This document shows, piece by piece, positions 13,520-23,267 of a DNA stretch of 64,000 bases (its first letter is position 1; each line of letters opens with the position of its first letter). Where the stretch lies: NCBI GenBank assembly GCA_027729805.1, contig JAQCEO010000002.1, positions 33,987-97,986 on the forward strand, in the 5' to 3' direction. The DNA comes from Actinomycetota bacterium. GTDB taxonomy: Bacteria; Actinomycetota; Actinomycetes; S36-B12. Made by a program: the position numbers and the translations under genes. The notes beneath the pieces were generated by a model, which did not search any database, was not told the DNA's origin, and was given only the letters and a program-made list of their open reading frames with translations.

Positions 13520-15208
13520 ATGACAAATATGAAGCCACGTAGCTCCGAGGTCACTGATGGTCTAGAGCGCGCGGCCGCCCGCGGAATGCTCCGAGCAGTT
13601 GGGATGTCTGATGAGGATTTCTCAAAGCCCCAGATCGGGGTGGCCTCGTCTTGGAATGAGATCACGCCTTGCAATCTTTCCCTTGAACGCCTGGCGCGCT
13701 CGGCGAAGGAGGGGGTGCACCAAGCCGGTGGCTTCCCAATGCAATTTGGCACCATCTCGGTCTCGGATGGGATCTCGATGGGCCACGAGGGGATGCACTT
13801 TTCCCTTGTCTCGCGGGAGATCATCGCCGACTCGGTCGAGGCAGTGATGCAGGCGGAGCGCCTTGACGGCATGGTTACCTTTGCGGGCTGCGATAAGTCA
13901 TTGCCGGGCATGTTGATGGCATCGGCGCGCATCGATGTCGCTGCAGTTTTCGTCTATGCCGGTTCCATTCTCCCCGGACACGTGAAATTATCCGATGGCA
14001 CCGAAAAAGATGTCACGATCATCGATGCCTTCGAGGCGGTGGGCGCTTGTGCCCGCGGCTTGATGTCACGCGAAGACGTTGACACCATCGAAAGGGCAAT
14101 TTGCCCGGGTGAAGGTGCCTGTGGTGGCATGTATACCGCGAACACGATGGCAAGTGCGGCTGAAGCCATGGGGATGTCATTGCCGGGTTCGACAGCGCCG
14201 CCGGCAGTCGATCGCCGTCGCGATGGTTTTGCCCGTCGTTCCGGTGAAGCCGTGGTCGAACTCATCCGTCAAGGCATCACCACCCGCGACATCATCACCA
14301 GGCAATCACTTGAGAATGCAATTGCCGTGGTAATGGCATTTGGCGGCTCCACGAATGCGGTTCTGCATCTGCTCGCTATCGCCCATGAGGCAAATGTTGA
14401 ACTCGATATGGAGGATTTCCACCGCATCGGCTCCAAGGTGCCACTGTTGGCCGACGTGAAGCCGTTTGGCCGATTCGTCATGAGTGATGTTGATCGGGTC
14501 GGCGGGGTGCCAGTCATAATGCGGGCCTTGCTCGATGCTGGGCTAATGCACGGTGATTGCCTGACGGTAACGGGTAAGACCATGGCCGAAAACCTCGCGA
14601 ACATCAATCCACCGGATCCGGACGGTGATATTTTGTACGCGTCGAAGAATGCAATTGCCACTACCGGCGGCATCACGATTTTGTCCGGCTCGATGGCCCC
14701 AGAAGGTGCGGTCGTGAAGAACGCCGGGGTGCCGGTTGAGGTATTTGAGGGTGCGGCGCGGGTATTCGAACGGGAGCAGTCGGCGATGGCGGCCCTCGAA
14801 GACGGCACCATTCAAAAGGGCGATGTCATCATCATTCGCTACGAGGGCCCAAAGGGTGGCCCGGGTATGCGCGAAATGTTGATGATCACCGGGGCGATCA
14901 AGGGTGCTGGGCTGGGCAAGGAGGTCATGCTCATCACCGATGGCCGGTTCTCCGGTGGTACGACCGGATTATGTGTTGGTCACGTGGCCCCCGAGGCGGT
15001 CGATGGCGGGCCGATTGGGTTAGTGGCCCAGGGGGATCGGGTGCGGATCGATATCGGTGCCCGGACTTTGGATCTATTGGTTGATGAGGCCGAACTTGCC
15101 AGGCGGCGGGCGGCATTTGTGCCCCTGCCGCCCCGCTACACCCGGGGCGTGCTGGCCAAGTACACCAAGTTGGTGGGCTCGGCATCTAAGGGTGCGGTCT
15201 GCGACTAA
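13520..15208 (+). CDS. ilvD: Dihydroxy-acid dehydratase
   Basis: Fe-S ligand region [11 protein letters not shown] and overall IlvD/Edd pattern; 562 aa. Confidence 0.95.
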   Translation: MTNMKPRSSEVTDGLERAAARGMLRAVGMSDEDFSKPQIGVASSWNEITPCNLSLERLARSAKEGVHQAGGFPMQFGTISVSDGISMGHEGMHFSLVSREIIADSVEAVMQAERLDGMVTFAGCDKSLPGMLMASARIDVAAVFVYAGSILPGHVKLSDGTEKDVTIIDAFEAVGACARGLMSREDVDTIERAICPGEGACGGMYTANTMASAAEAMGMSLPGSTAPPAVDRRRDGFARRSGEAVVELIRQGITTRDIITRQSLENAIAVVMAFGGSTNAVLHLLAIAHEANVELDMEDFHRIGSKVPLLADVKPFGRFVMSDVDRVGGVPVIMRALLDAGLMHGDCLTVTGKTMAENLANINPPDPDGDILYASKNAIATTGGITILSGSMAPEGAVVKNAGVPVEVFEGAARVFEREQSAMAALEDGTIQKGDVIIIRYEGPKGGPGMREMLMITGAIKGAGLGKEVMLITDGRFSGGTTGLCVGHVAPEAVDGGPIGLVAQGDRVRIDIGARTLDLLVDEAELARRRAAFVPLPPRYTRGVLAKYTKLVGSASKGAVCD

Positions 15209-16187
15209 TCGAGGCTGCTGCCCGAAGGTCGACGGTGCTCAAGGCGCCCGTAACTAGGGTCACCGCGGTAACCGCCCATGCGAATATGAGAACCTCGACC
15301 GCGATTAGCGCGGCCAACCCCTCAACCTTTGGATGTGACACCGAAAGCACCAAGGTGACGGTCGCTAAGGCAGCGATAAGGGCCCCCGCACAAGGGAGAG
15401 CGCGCACGGACACCGGCCCGGTAACGGGCACGCCGCGGCGACGTAATACCCAGGCCGCCGCAAGACTTTGACAGGTGAGGGCGAGAGCGATGCCGCCTAC
15501 GGCGTCGCTCGGTCGGTGCCACCCCGCCAGGACGACGCTGCCGGTAACAAGGATCACCATGGTCAGGCCGCCGATCGCCACGCCGACGCGGGCCCGCACG
15601 GGAACGAGGAAAATCAGTCCGAGTACGAGTGCGGTGATAAAGGTAGCGTGCCCGCTGGGGAATGTATTTAACCCATCTTTACTGCCCATCAGGTTTTCGT
15701 AGTCGGCGGCGAGAATTGGTCGAGGCAGGATGAACTTCAGCGCCTCCGCGGTCAAGATGCTCGCCGCGTACGCGATTGCGATCGCGACTGCCGCGAGCCA
15801 CTGACGTCGAAATGCCGCCACGATGACGAGGATCAAGGCCGCACACAGGAAGACCTTTAGGTCAATAGCCGAAAGGAATCCCTTGTCGAAGACGAGAAGC
15901 GCCTTGCTCTCGGCAAGGCGTCCTAGGTAGGCGGCGTCGCCGATGGCTTGGCCGACCGCGGTCAGTACAAAGACTAGGTAGGTGGTGACAAGCACACCGG
16001 TACCGACGAGGGCCAAAATGCGCAGCCGTCGCACGCTGGTACCCACGACAAGATCTGGCATCCGTCCTCCTGCGTCAGGCCAAAAGAGGTCGTCTCCTCC
16101 AACACCCAACCATAGGGTCACCGAGGCCGAGCGATCGCGACGAAACCCACCTTTGCGCCGGTGATAACTCTGCCACTTTCTTGACAC
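15186..16187 (-). CDS. PAP2-family (type 2 phosphatidic acid phosphatase-like) integral membrane protein
   Basis: PAP2 motifs [25 protein letters not shown]; multiple TM helices. The true start may be ATG 16061 (MPDLVVG...). Its 3' end overlaps the ilvD 3' end by 23 nt. Confidence 0.7.
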   Translation of the reverse strand: MSRKWQSYHRRKGGFRRDRSASVTLWLGVGGDDLFWPDAGGRMPDLVVGTSVRRLRILALVGTGVLVTTYLVFVLTAVGQAIGDAAYLGRLAESKALLVFDKGFLSAIDLKVFLCAALILVIVAAFRRQWLAAVAIAIAYAASILTAEALKFILPRPILAADYENLMGSKDGLNTFPSGHATFITALVLGLIFLVPVRARVGVAIGGLTMVILVTGSVVLAGWHRPSDAVGGIALALTCQSLAAAWVLRRRGVPVTGPVSVRALPCAGALIAALATVTLVLSVSHPKVEGLAALIAVEVLIFAWAVTAVTLVTGALSTVDLRAAASISRRPHP

Positions 16188-16269
16188 TGCACACCGTAAA
16201 GGACATGTCGAAGTTAGTGCTGAGGCACTAGTCCGGACGCAGATGAAAATACGAGAAAAGACCCGTAAA

Positions 16270-17703
16270 TCAGTTGGGCATCCTTATTGTCGGTGTCAGC
16301 GGTGCGATTCTCCGCGCGCGAAGGCAGGCGATCAGCACGCCGGTGCCGTACGCGGCGTCGTCGACGAGGCGCAGCGCGAGGTATCGGGCTGGGTCGAGCG
16401 GGGGCCGATGCGTGGCGTACGCCCAGGCGATCGGCGCGAGCATGCATGCGGTGGCTGTCCTCGCGATACGCGAGCGTGGGGACATAGCGAATGCTGCCGC
16501 ACCGATTGGCCACCACTCCCGACGCAGCAGGTGGCCGATTCCGGCGGCATCCGCGACGAGGTTTTGGCCGACGATGCGCGCCGCGAGGAGTTCGGGATTG
16601 TCAAGCACTCGCAACTGACGCGACAGCGCGCCTGCAGCGCTCGCCGTAGCCAGTCCGCCAAGGAGCGGACGTCCAACGGCAAGTAAGCCAAGTGCCGCGA
16701 CATTCCAAAATGACAGCCGCGCCGGTGTCAACTTGTCAGGATGACGACGTGACAGTGCAGCCGCCGACGTTCCATACTCGAAGCGACGGGTCAACCATGC
16801 GCGTGGTCGAGCACGCGTCGAATGGGTGACGATCACCGATGGGTCATAGAGCACATGCCAACCCGCGTCGGTCAGCCGCCAGATCAGGTCGACGTCTTCG
16901 CCCAGCCGCAGGTTCTCATCGAACCCCGCACCGAGCGCGCTGCGTCGCAAGATCAACGCCGCGGTCGGCAGGAATCCGAGCCGCGAGCCAGGTCGCACTA
17001 GCTCGGGGAATACGCCCATATCGAGTGAGGATCGGGTCGTCTCGTAGCGGTCGATGACGCTGTGGCCCGCAGGATTGGCTCGCACTCGGGGTGCAACTGC
17101 CGCGACCGAGGGATCGACGAAGTGGTGCAGCATCGAGTCTGGCCAGCCCGGCGGCGCAATACAATCTGAGTCTAGGAACGCGATAAATTCGCCCTGGGAG
17201 GCGGCAATACCCGTGTTGCGAGCCGCTGCCGGACCACGGTTCACCGCGTGCACGACCAAGGTCGCGCCATGGCGCGCAGCTGCAGCGACCACAGAAGCCG
17301 GATCGAGGGACCCGTCATCAACCACGGTCACGGATCCCGCCCCAAAAACAGAGGTAAGAGTGCGGTCCAGACTGTCGGCTCGGTCCATCGCCGGTATGAC
17401 AACGCTCGCGGCTCCCAAGGACTCTTCTGGGGTCCTGGCCACGATCGCGAGCCCTCGATCCACGAGTATCCGGAAGATCGCAAGCGTCTGCCGGTCCGAA
17501 GCCTCCACTCCGGTGCGGCCATTGGCCAGCAGGTTCACGACCACCGTGCGCGCCCGCCCCGATACCCGGCTGACCCGCCAGGGCGAGCCACCAATCAGCG
17601 CCGACGCATTCGCCCACCCGCGTACCCCAGGCGCGAGCCGCACTACGGTGCCGCGCGGCAGCGAACGATCAAGGAGCAAAGATGCCACCGCAGGTGCAGC
17701 CAC
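16270..17703 (-). CDS. mftF: Mycofactocin glycosyltransferase (family-2 GT with C-terminal membrane domain)
   Basis: GT2 core VVIPAMDRADSLDRTL...VTVVDDGS...FLDSDC; 477 aa, as expected for MftF; adjacent to mftR and mftABCDE. Confidence 0.8.
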   Translation of the reverse strand: MAAPAVASLLLDRSLPRGTVVRLAPGVRGWANASALIGGSPWRVSRVSGRARTVVVNLLANGRTGVEASDRQTLAIFRILVDRGLAIVARTPEESLGAASVVIPAMDRADSLDRTLTSVFGAGSVTVVDDGSLDPASVVAAAARHGATLVVHAVNRGPAAARNTGIAASQGEFIAFLDSDCIAPPGWPDSMLHHFVDPSVAAVAPRVRANPAGHSVIDRYETTRSSLDMGVFPELVRPGSRLGFLPTAALILRRSALGAGFDENLRLGEDVDLIWRLTDAGWHVLYDPSVIVTHSTRARPRAWLTRRFEYGTSAAALSRRHPDKLTPARLSFWNVAALGLLAVGRPLLGGLATASAAGALSRQLRVLDNPELLAARIVGQNLVADAAGIGHLLRREWWPIGAAAFAMSPRSRIARTATACMLAPIAWAYATHRPPLDPARYLALRLVDDAAYGTGVLIACLRARRIAPLTPTIRMPN

Positions 17704-17704
17704 C

Positions 17705-18298
17705 TCAGTTGTCCAGGATCGAGTGCAGCGCCGACCCGGTGCCTAGCAGCAACTCCTCGAGGGTGTGCGCGTCGCTCTCAAGCCACTGCTCGTATGCCGA
17801 TAATGCCAGCGCCAAGGCCACGTGCCCCGCTAGCCGCGGCACCAGGCTATCCACCGGAGTGGCAAGCCGCGTAGCGACGTAGTTGGCGATCACCGCGCGC
17901 CACTGCTCGTACCGCAGGGCCGAGTGGGCCTGCAGCGCCGGCGTGCGCAAGATGAGGGTCATCCGCTGCCGGTGCTGGGGGAGGGCGAGCGGATCGAAGT
18001 GGTTGAAGTCAACGACCGCGCGGTTGATGGCTTCGAAAAGCGGCACATCAGCATGTGTTGACTCAAGGTTCACCCGCAGGACTTCGAGGCTAGCGTCGAA
18101 CCGCCCCCACGGAATGTCGTTCTTCGATGGGAAGTAGCGGAACAGTGTCCGTCGCCCAACCCCCAGTGCCGTCGCGATGTCGTCGAGGGTCGTATTGTCG
18201 AACCCTTGGGTCGCGAACAACTCGAACGAGACGGCTTCGATTTCGGCGTGGCTCGTCACGGGTGGACGTCCGGCTACTAGCCGCTGTGCGGTGCTCAT
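17705..18298 (-). CDS. mftR: TetR-family regulator of the mycofactocin system
   Basis: TetR HTH TTLDDIATALGVGRRTLFRYFPSKNDI; divergent from mftA; stop lies 1 nt before the mftF start. Confidence 0.8.
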   Translation of the reverse strand: MSTAQRLVAGRPPVTSHAEIEAVSFELFATQGFDNTTLDDIATALGVGRRTLFRYFPSKNDIPWGRFDASLEVLRVNLESTHADVPLFEAINRAVVDFNHFDPLALPQHRQRMTLILRTPALQAHSALRYEQWRAVIANYVATRLATPVDSLVPRLAGHVALALALSAYEQWLESDAHTLEELLLGTGSALHSILDN

Positions 18299-18424
18299 AA
18301 CGGCATGAACCTAGCAGGGATTTGCAGAGTTTTAGCCCGAAATACTTGCTTTTTGGCGCTCAGTGCCATTACTGTCCGGAGGGGGCCATTCGGCACCCCG
18401 GATACCTCAACGAAGGGAGCCACC

Positions 18425-18538
18425 ATGTTCCTCGGTTCACCACAGGAAGACGCAGCCCTGCAGTCCCCACCAGCAGACAGCCAAGTTGAGACATTAATTG
18501 AGGATATCTCGATCGATGGCATGTGCGGCGTCTACTAG
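18425..18538 (+). CDS. mftA: Mycofactocin precursor peptide
   Basis: C-terminus ...VETLIEDISIDGMCGVY* carries the canonical IDGMCGVY. ATG 18425 is preceded by GAAGGGAG. The 77-aa ORF-track call (18305) is an over-extension. Confidence 0.9.
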   Translation: MFLGSPQEDAALQSPPADSQVETLIEDISIDGMCGVY

Positions 18539-18557
18539 ATAGGAAGCCAGAAACCTC

Positions 18558-18857
18558 ATGGTGATGCTGGATGAGCCGTGGCAGTTGTCTCCAGACGTTG
18601 CGCTTCGCACTGAGCCCTTCGGTGCCCTCGCCTACAACTTCCGGACTAGGCGGCTTACCTTTCTCAAGCGACCTGAACTCGTCGCGGTGATCGCGGGCCT
18701 GAGCGCCGGCGCCGATGTGCGCGAGGCGCTGCAGGCAGCGAGTGTTCCTCCCGTCCAATGGTGCGCTTACCTAAAGGCCCTGGAGTCACTGGCGGCGGCG
18801 GGCACGATCCAACCGCGAGGCTGTATACAACCACAACAACAGGAGGCTGCATCGTGA
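18558..18857 (+). CDS. mftB: Mycofactocin precursor-binding chaperone (RRE protein)
   Basis: PWQLSPDVALRTEPFGALAYNFRTRRLTFLK pattern; 99 aa; its stop overlaps the mftC GTG. Confidence 0.85.
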   Translation: MVMLDEPWQLSPDVALRTEPFGALAYNFRTRRLTFLKRPELVAVIAGLSAGADVREALQAASVPPVQWCAYLKALESLAAAGTIQPRGCIQPQQQEAAS

Positions 18858-20104
18858 CGATTCTTGATGAGCGAATCAGCACCGCTCCGGCAGTCCGTCC
18901 TACCGGAGGATCGCTGCTCGACCAGTTCGAGTTGGGCCTCAACGCGCCGATCTGCCTGACCTGGGAACTGACCTACGCGTGCAACCTCGCTTGCGTCCAC
19001 TGCCTGTCATCATCGGGAAAGCGCGACCCCCGCGAGCTCAGCACCGAACAGTGCGAGGCGGTGATTGACGAATTGCAGCGCATGCAGGTTTTCTACGTGA
19101 ACATCGGCGGGGGCGAGCCCACGATCCGACCGGACTTTTGGCACCTGATCCAGTACGCCGTTTCGCATCAGGTCGGCGTGAAGTTCTCAACCAACGGTGT
19201 GCGCGTCACACCTGAGCGGGCGGCCTTCCTTGCCTCGACCGACTACGTAGACGTGCAGATCTCACTCGACGGCGCCACCGCCGAGGTTAATGACCGCGTG
19301 CGCGGTACCGGCTCTTATGACATGGCGATCCGCGCGCTGGATAACCTGTCCGTGTCCGGTTTCAAGGACGCGAAGATCTCGGTCGTAGTTACCCGCGAGA
19401 ACGTTAGCCAACTCGACGAGTTCAAGGCGCTGGCCGACCGCCACGGTGCCACGCTGCGACTAACCCGGCTGCGTCCCTCGGGCCGCGGCGCGGACGTGTG
19501 GGATGACCTGCATCCGACGGCCGCGCAGCAGCGTGATCTCTACAACTGGCTGATACAGGCTGGCCCGAACGTCCTCACTGGCGACTCGTTCTTCCACCTC
19601 GCCGGATTCGGCGAACCGCTGCCCGGCCTCAACCTCTGCGGCGCCGGCCGCGTGGTGTGCCTCATCGATCCCATCGGCGATGTGTACGCGTGCCCCTTCG
19701 CCATCCACGACAACTTCCTCGCCGGCAACATCACCGCGCTCGGCGGCTTCCAGAACGTCTGGCAGAACTCCGAGTTGTTCGCCGACCTGCGCTCCCCGCA
19801 AACTTCCGGCGCATGCACCAAGTGCCAGCATTTCGATTCGTGCCGTGGTGGTTGCATGGCCGCGAAGTTTTTCACCGGCCTGCCGCTCGACGGCCCGGAC
19901 CCCGAATGCGTCCAAGGATTCAGCGAGGACGCCCTACTGCAGGTTGGCCGCACGATCCCCGCCGCGAGCCAGGACCACTCGAAGCCCAGCAAGCGGGGGC
20001 AGGAGCCGGTGTTTCTGCAATTGGGAATGCTCAGTCCAGCGACACCCCCGGTGCACGGGTGCGCCCAGAGTCCTATCGCTGGCCGCGACCCAGGCGCGAG
20101 CTAA
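18854..20104 (+). CDS. mftC: Mycofactocin radical SAM/SPASM maturase
   Basis: Radical SAM CNLACVHC; C-terminal SPASM cysteines CTKCQHFDSCRGGC. GTG 18854 overlaps the mftB stop as GTGA. The ORF-track start at 18758 overlaps mftB. Confidence 0.9.
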   Translation: MTILDERISTAPAVRPTGGSLLDQFELGLNAPICLTWELTYACNLACVHCLSSSGKRDPRELSTEQCEAVIDELQRMQVFYVNIGGGEPTIRPDFWHLIQYAVSHQVGVKFSTNGVRVTPERAAFLASTDYVDVQISLDGATAEVNDRVRGTGSYDMAIRALDNLSVSGFKDAKISVVVTRENVSQLDEFKALADRHGATLRLTRLRPSGRGADVWDDLHPTAAQQRDLYNWLIQAGPNVLTGDSFFHLAGFGEPLPGLNLCGAGRVVCLIDPIGDVYACPFAIHDNFLAGNITALGGFQNVWQNSELFADLRSPQTSGACTKCQHFDSCRGGCMAAKFFTGLPLDGPDPECVQGFSEDALLQVGRTIPAASQDHSKPSKRGQEPVFLQLGMLSPATPPVHGCAQSPIAGRDPGAS

Positions 20105-20124
20105 CTCAGTGCGAAAGGTTTACC

Positions 20125-21312
20125 GTGGCAAATCCGTGGTTTGAGTCCGTCGCCGAGGCGCAGCGCCGCGCCAAGAAGCGGCTGCCCTCCTCGGTCTATA
20201 GCGCGCTGCTCGCTGGCAATGAGAAGGGCACCTCCTACGACGACAACATCACCGCATTCTCCAAGATCGAACTGGCTCCCCACGTCGCCGGCCTACACTC
20301 CGAGCGCGAGTTGTCCACGACTTTCATGGGCCATGCCATCTCGTTCCCCGTCGTCACCTCGCCGACGGGAGTCCAGTGCGTCCACCCCGACGGCGAGATC
20401 GCGATCGCCCGCGCAACCGCCGCCCGTGGCACGGCAATGGTGCTTGGCTCATTCGGCAGCAAGCCCCTCGCTGACGTCATCGCCGCGAACCCGCTCACCT
20501 TCTTCCAGATTTATTGGATGGGGACCCGCGATCAGATGCTCGAGCGCCTCGCCTATGCCAGGGATCTCGGAGCCAAGGGCATTATGTTGACCCTCGACTG
20601 GTCCTTCGCTACTGGACGCGACTGGGGCAGCCCCGTTATCCCCGAGCGGATCGGCTTCAAGACCATGGTGCAGTTCGCCCCGCAGGTCATCGTCAAGCCC
20701 AAGTGGCTCGTGTCATTCGCTCGGGGTGGGGGCATTCCAGACCTCCGCACCCCGAACCTGAAGAATGAGGCGGGGGCGACCCCCACCTTCTTCGGTGCCT
20801 ACTACGAGTGGATGCAGACACCACCGTGCACGTGGGAGGACCTCGCGTGGCTGCGCTCGCAGTGGGAAGGTCCGTTCATGCTTAAGGGCATTTGCCGCGT
20901 CGACGACGCGAAGCGGACGGTAGACGCGGGCTTCTCGAGCCTGTCGGTCTCTAACCACGGCGGCAACAACATCGACTCCACGCCCGCACCCATTCGCGTC
21001 CTCCCGTCGATCGTCCGGGCCGTAGGCGACCAAGTCGAGATCGTCATGGATGGCGGGATTCGCAGAGGAAGCGACGTCGTCAAGGCAGTCGCGCTCGGCG
21101 CCAAGGCCGTCATGATCGGACGCCCGTACCTCTGGGCACTAGCAGCGAACGGGCAGGCCGGAGTCGAGAACGTCCTAGACATCCTCCGCAGCGGCATCGA
21201 CTCCACCGTCTACGCGCTCGGGCACAAATCGATCCGCGACCTGAGCCCCGCGGACGTCTTCGTCCCTGCGGGATTCACGCGAACGCTCGGTGCCGACGGG
21301 AGCAAACAATGA
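20125..21312 (+). CDS. mftD: FMN-dependent alpha-hydroxyacid-oxidase-like pre-mycofactocin synthase
   Basis: LldD-type motifs (VSNHGGNNID, DGGIRRGSDV). In-frame GTG 20125 follows GAAAGG. The 468-nt 5' extension in the ORF track overlaps mftC. Confidence 0.9.
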   Translation: MANPWFESVAEAQRRAKKRLPSSVYSALLAGNEKGTSYDDNITAFSKIELAPHVAGLHSERELSTTFMGHAISFPVVTSPTGVQCVHPDGEIAIARATAARGTAMVLGSFGSKPLADVIAANPLTFFQIYWMGTRDQMLERLAYARDLGAKGIMLTLDWSFATGRDWGSPVIPERIGFKTMVQFAPQVIVKPKWLVSFARGGGIPDLRTPNLKNEAGATPTFFGAYYEWMQTPPCTWEDLAWLRSQWEGPFMLKGICRVDDAKRTVDAGFSSLSVSNHGGNNIDSTPAPIRVLPSIVRAVGDQVEIVMDGGIRRGSDVVKAVALGAKAVMIGRPYLWALAANGQAGVENVLDILRSGIDSTVYALGHKSIRDLSPADVFVPAGFTRTLGADGSKQ

Positions 21313-22043
21313 CCAAGGTGCATCGGCTGGCCACCATGACGTGGGACGATGTCCCACCGAAGTCACTCGTACTCGTTCCCATGGGCTCGACCGAGCAGCA
21401 CGGCCCGCACTTGCCGTTCGAGACAGACACGCTCATTGCCACCGCAGTCGCGGAGAGCATAGCTAAGGCCATGAACGGTGAAGGAGTGGATGTCATCCTC
21501 GCGCCCGCCATCGCTTACGGCGCGAGTGGCGAGCACCAAGAGTTTCCCGGCACCATCTCCATCGGCCATGACGCACTGCGGATGCAGATCGTCGAGCTCG
21601 TGCGCTCGCTCTCCACCTGGGCGGGGCGCATCGTGTTCGTCAACGGCCACGGTGGCAACGTCAAGTCTCTCGCCTCGGCGATCGAGGAGATGCGCCAAGA
21701 GCAGCATGACGTTGCGTGGCTGGCATGCATCTTGGAGTCGGCCGGCGATGCCCACGCCGGATCGATCGAAACCTCAGTCATGCTCCACCTCGCACCGGAG
21801 CGGGTCCGCATGGACAAGGCTGAGCCCGGGCAACTCGCCTCTCTCAAGGAGATTCTCCCGTTGCTGATGTCGTCTGGAGTCAAAGCGGCATCGCCGTCCG
21901 GAGTATTGGGAGACCCCACCACCGCGGCCGCTGACATTGGCCAACAGCTGGTGGACCAACTCGTCGCCAGCGGCGCAGCACTCATCACCTACGCAGCCGT
22001 CGACGACCAAGGACGACTCGTCTCAAGCGAACTTGCCTCGTGA
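21309..22043 (+). CDS. mftE: Creatininase-family mycofactocin peptidase
   Basis: GSTEQHGPHLP metal-binding motif; 244 aa; ATGA overlap with mftD. Confidence 0.85.
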   Translation: MTKVHRLATMTWDDVPPKSLVLVPMGSTEQHGPHLPFETDTLIATAVAESIAKAMNGEGVDVILAPAIAYGASGEHQEFPGTISIGHDALRMQIVELVRSLSTWAGRIVFVNGHGGNVKSLASAIEEMRQEQHDVAWLACILESAGDAHAGSIETSVMLHLAPERVRMDKAEPGQLASLKEILPLLMSSGVKAASPSGVLGDPTTAAADIGQQLVDQLVASGAALITYAAVDDQGRLVSSELAS

Positions 22044-22858
22044 TGACAACCGAAACCGATCCTCCACGAGTCGCCCTAGTTACCGGCGCAGCCAACGGCA
22101 TCGGTCGCGCCACCGTCGACATCCTCGTTCAGCAGGGGTTCCGTGTCGTGGCCGTGGACTCCTGCGCCGGGTCGGGAACCGAACGTGGCGAGGGGGTCGA
22201 CTACGCTCTCGCCACGCCGGATCAACTGCTCAGCCTTGAGTCCGAGTACCCCGGCCTCGTACATGCGCGGATTGTCGATGTCCGTGATGCCAGAGCACTT
22301 GCCGCCGCAGGTAAATTCGCCGTCGACGAGTTCGGCAGGCTCGACGCCGCGGTCGCCGCCGCCGCAGTCATCGTTGGTGGTTATCCGGTCTGGGAGACAC
22401 CCGAGTCGCACTTGCGCACGCTACTTGACGTCGACGTCGTCGGAGTCTGGAACACCGCATCAGCGGCAGTACCGCTTATGCTCACCGGCCCGGACCCACA
22501 GGGCTGCCGTTTCGTCGCCGTGGCATCTGCCGCCGGAACTCGCGGCCTCTTCCATCTAGCCGGATATACCGTTGCCAAGCACGCTGTGGTCGGCCTAGTG
22601 CGGGGCCTTGCCGCCGACCTCATCGGCACCGGTGTCACTGCGGTCGCGGTCTCTCCCGGCTCAACCGACACCGACATGTTGCGAGCCACAGCAGGCCTAT
22701 ACGGCCTCGACCAAATTAACGAGTTCAGCTCCTCGCAACTGTTACGACGTCTCCTGCGGCCCGAGGAAATCGCTGCGACGATCGCCTTTTGCTGTTCAAA
22801 GGAAGGAGCTGTACTGAACGGATCGATAGTAGACGCCTCCGGTGGTTTCACAGCGTGA
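22040..22858 (+). CDS. Mycofactocin-coupled short-chain dehydrogenase/reductase (subfamily with a long insert after the Rossmann motif)
   Basis: ALVTGAANGIGRAT, catalytic YTVAKHA; ATGA-coupled to mftE. Confidence 0.8.
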   Translation: MMTTETDPPRVALVTGAANGIGRATVDILVQQGFRVVAVDSCAGSGTERGEGVDYALATPDQLLSLESEYPGLVHARIVDVRDARALAAAGKFAVDEFGRLDAAVAAAAVIVGGYPVWETPESHLRTLLDVDVVGVWNTASAAVPLMLTGPDPQGCRFVAVASAAGTRGLFHLAGYTVAKHAVVGLVRGLAADLIGTGVTAVAVSPGSTDTDMLRATAGLYGLDQINEFSSSQLLRRLLRPEEIAATIAFCCSKEGAVLNGSIVDASGGFTA

Positions 22859-23267
22859 AAAGAGGAGGTGCGTCCTTTGGTGATGCAGCCCTCCGCCCCG
22901 AGCATTGCCGGGGCTGACCGGACGGCTTAGCGGCCGAATCCCGACTCGAGCGCAAGTGTGAGATGAAGGGGAAGGAGTACTCCAGTTGCGAGTTCTCCGC
23001 TTTGGATTTGGGCCCGCAGGAAGGGGTCAGGTCCTAGCTGTCTCTTCGCCAGGTGATTGACAATTGGTGCATTGGATGGCACATTGTCCCACGGCTCAGC
23101 TCGGGGGAATGACTCTCCCTGATCGCCGTCCAGCAGATCGAAACGGAGGCTCGCGTGAGCGCACCAGCCAACGCTGCATACACCGAGCGGCTGGCCTATG
23201 CACCCAAAGACCCACTCGTCCTGTTCGCGTGTACCAGAGGGCAGGGTCTAGAAGCGGTGCTGTACCC

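Noticed and set aside
17054-17874. Two long plus-strand ORFs (230 and 208 aa) across mftF/mftR
   Set aside because: Both are antisense to the GT2 and TetR genes, are rich in Arg/Pro/Ala, and have no recognisable domain.
19657-20124. 468-nt 5' extension of the mftD ORF (551-aa call) overlapping mftC in another frame
   Set aside because: The extension translates to Arg/Pro-rich sequence without LldD homology. An in-frame GTG at 20125 with an upstream GAAAGG gives a normal-length MftD.
23064-23267. 5' extension of the second mft-type SDR ORF (343-aa call)
   Set aside because: SDR homology begins at SLEGKVAVVTGAARG. The upstream 68 codons are non-homologous and contain the promoter-like site.
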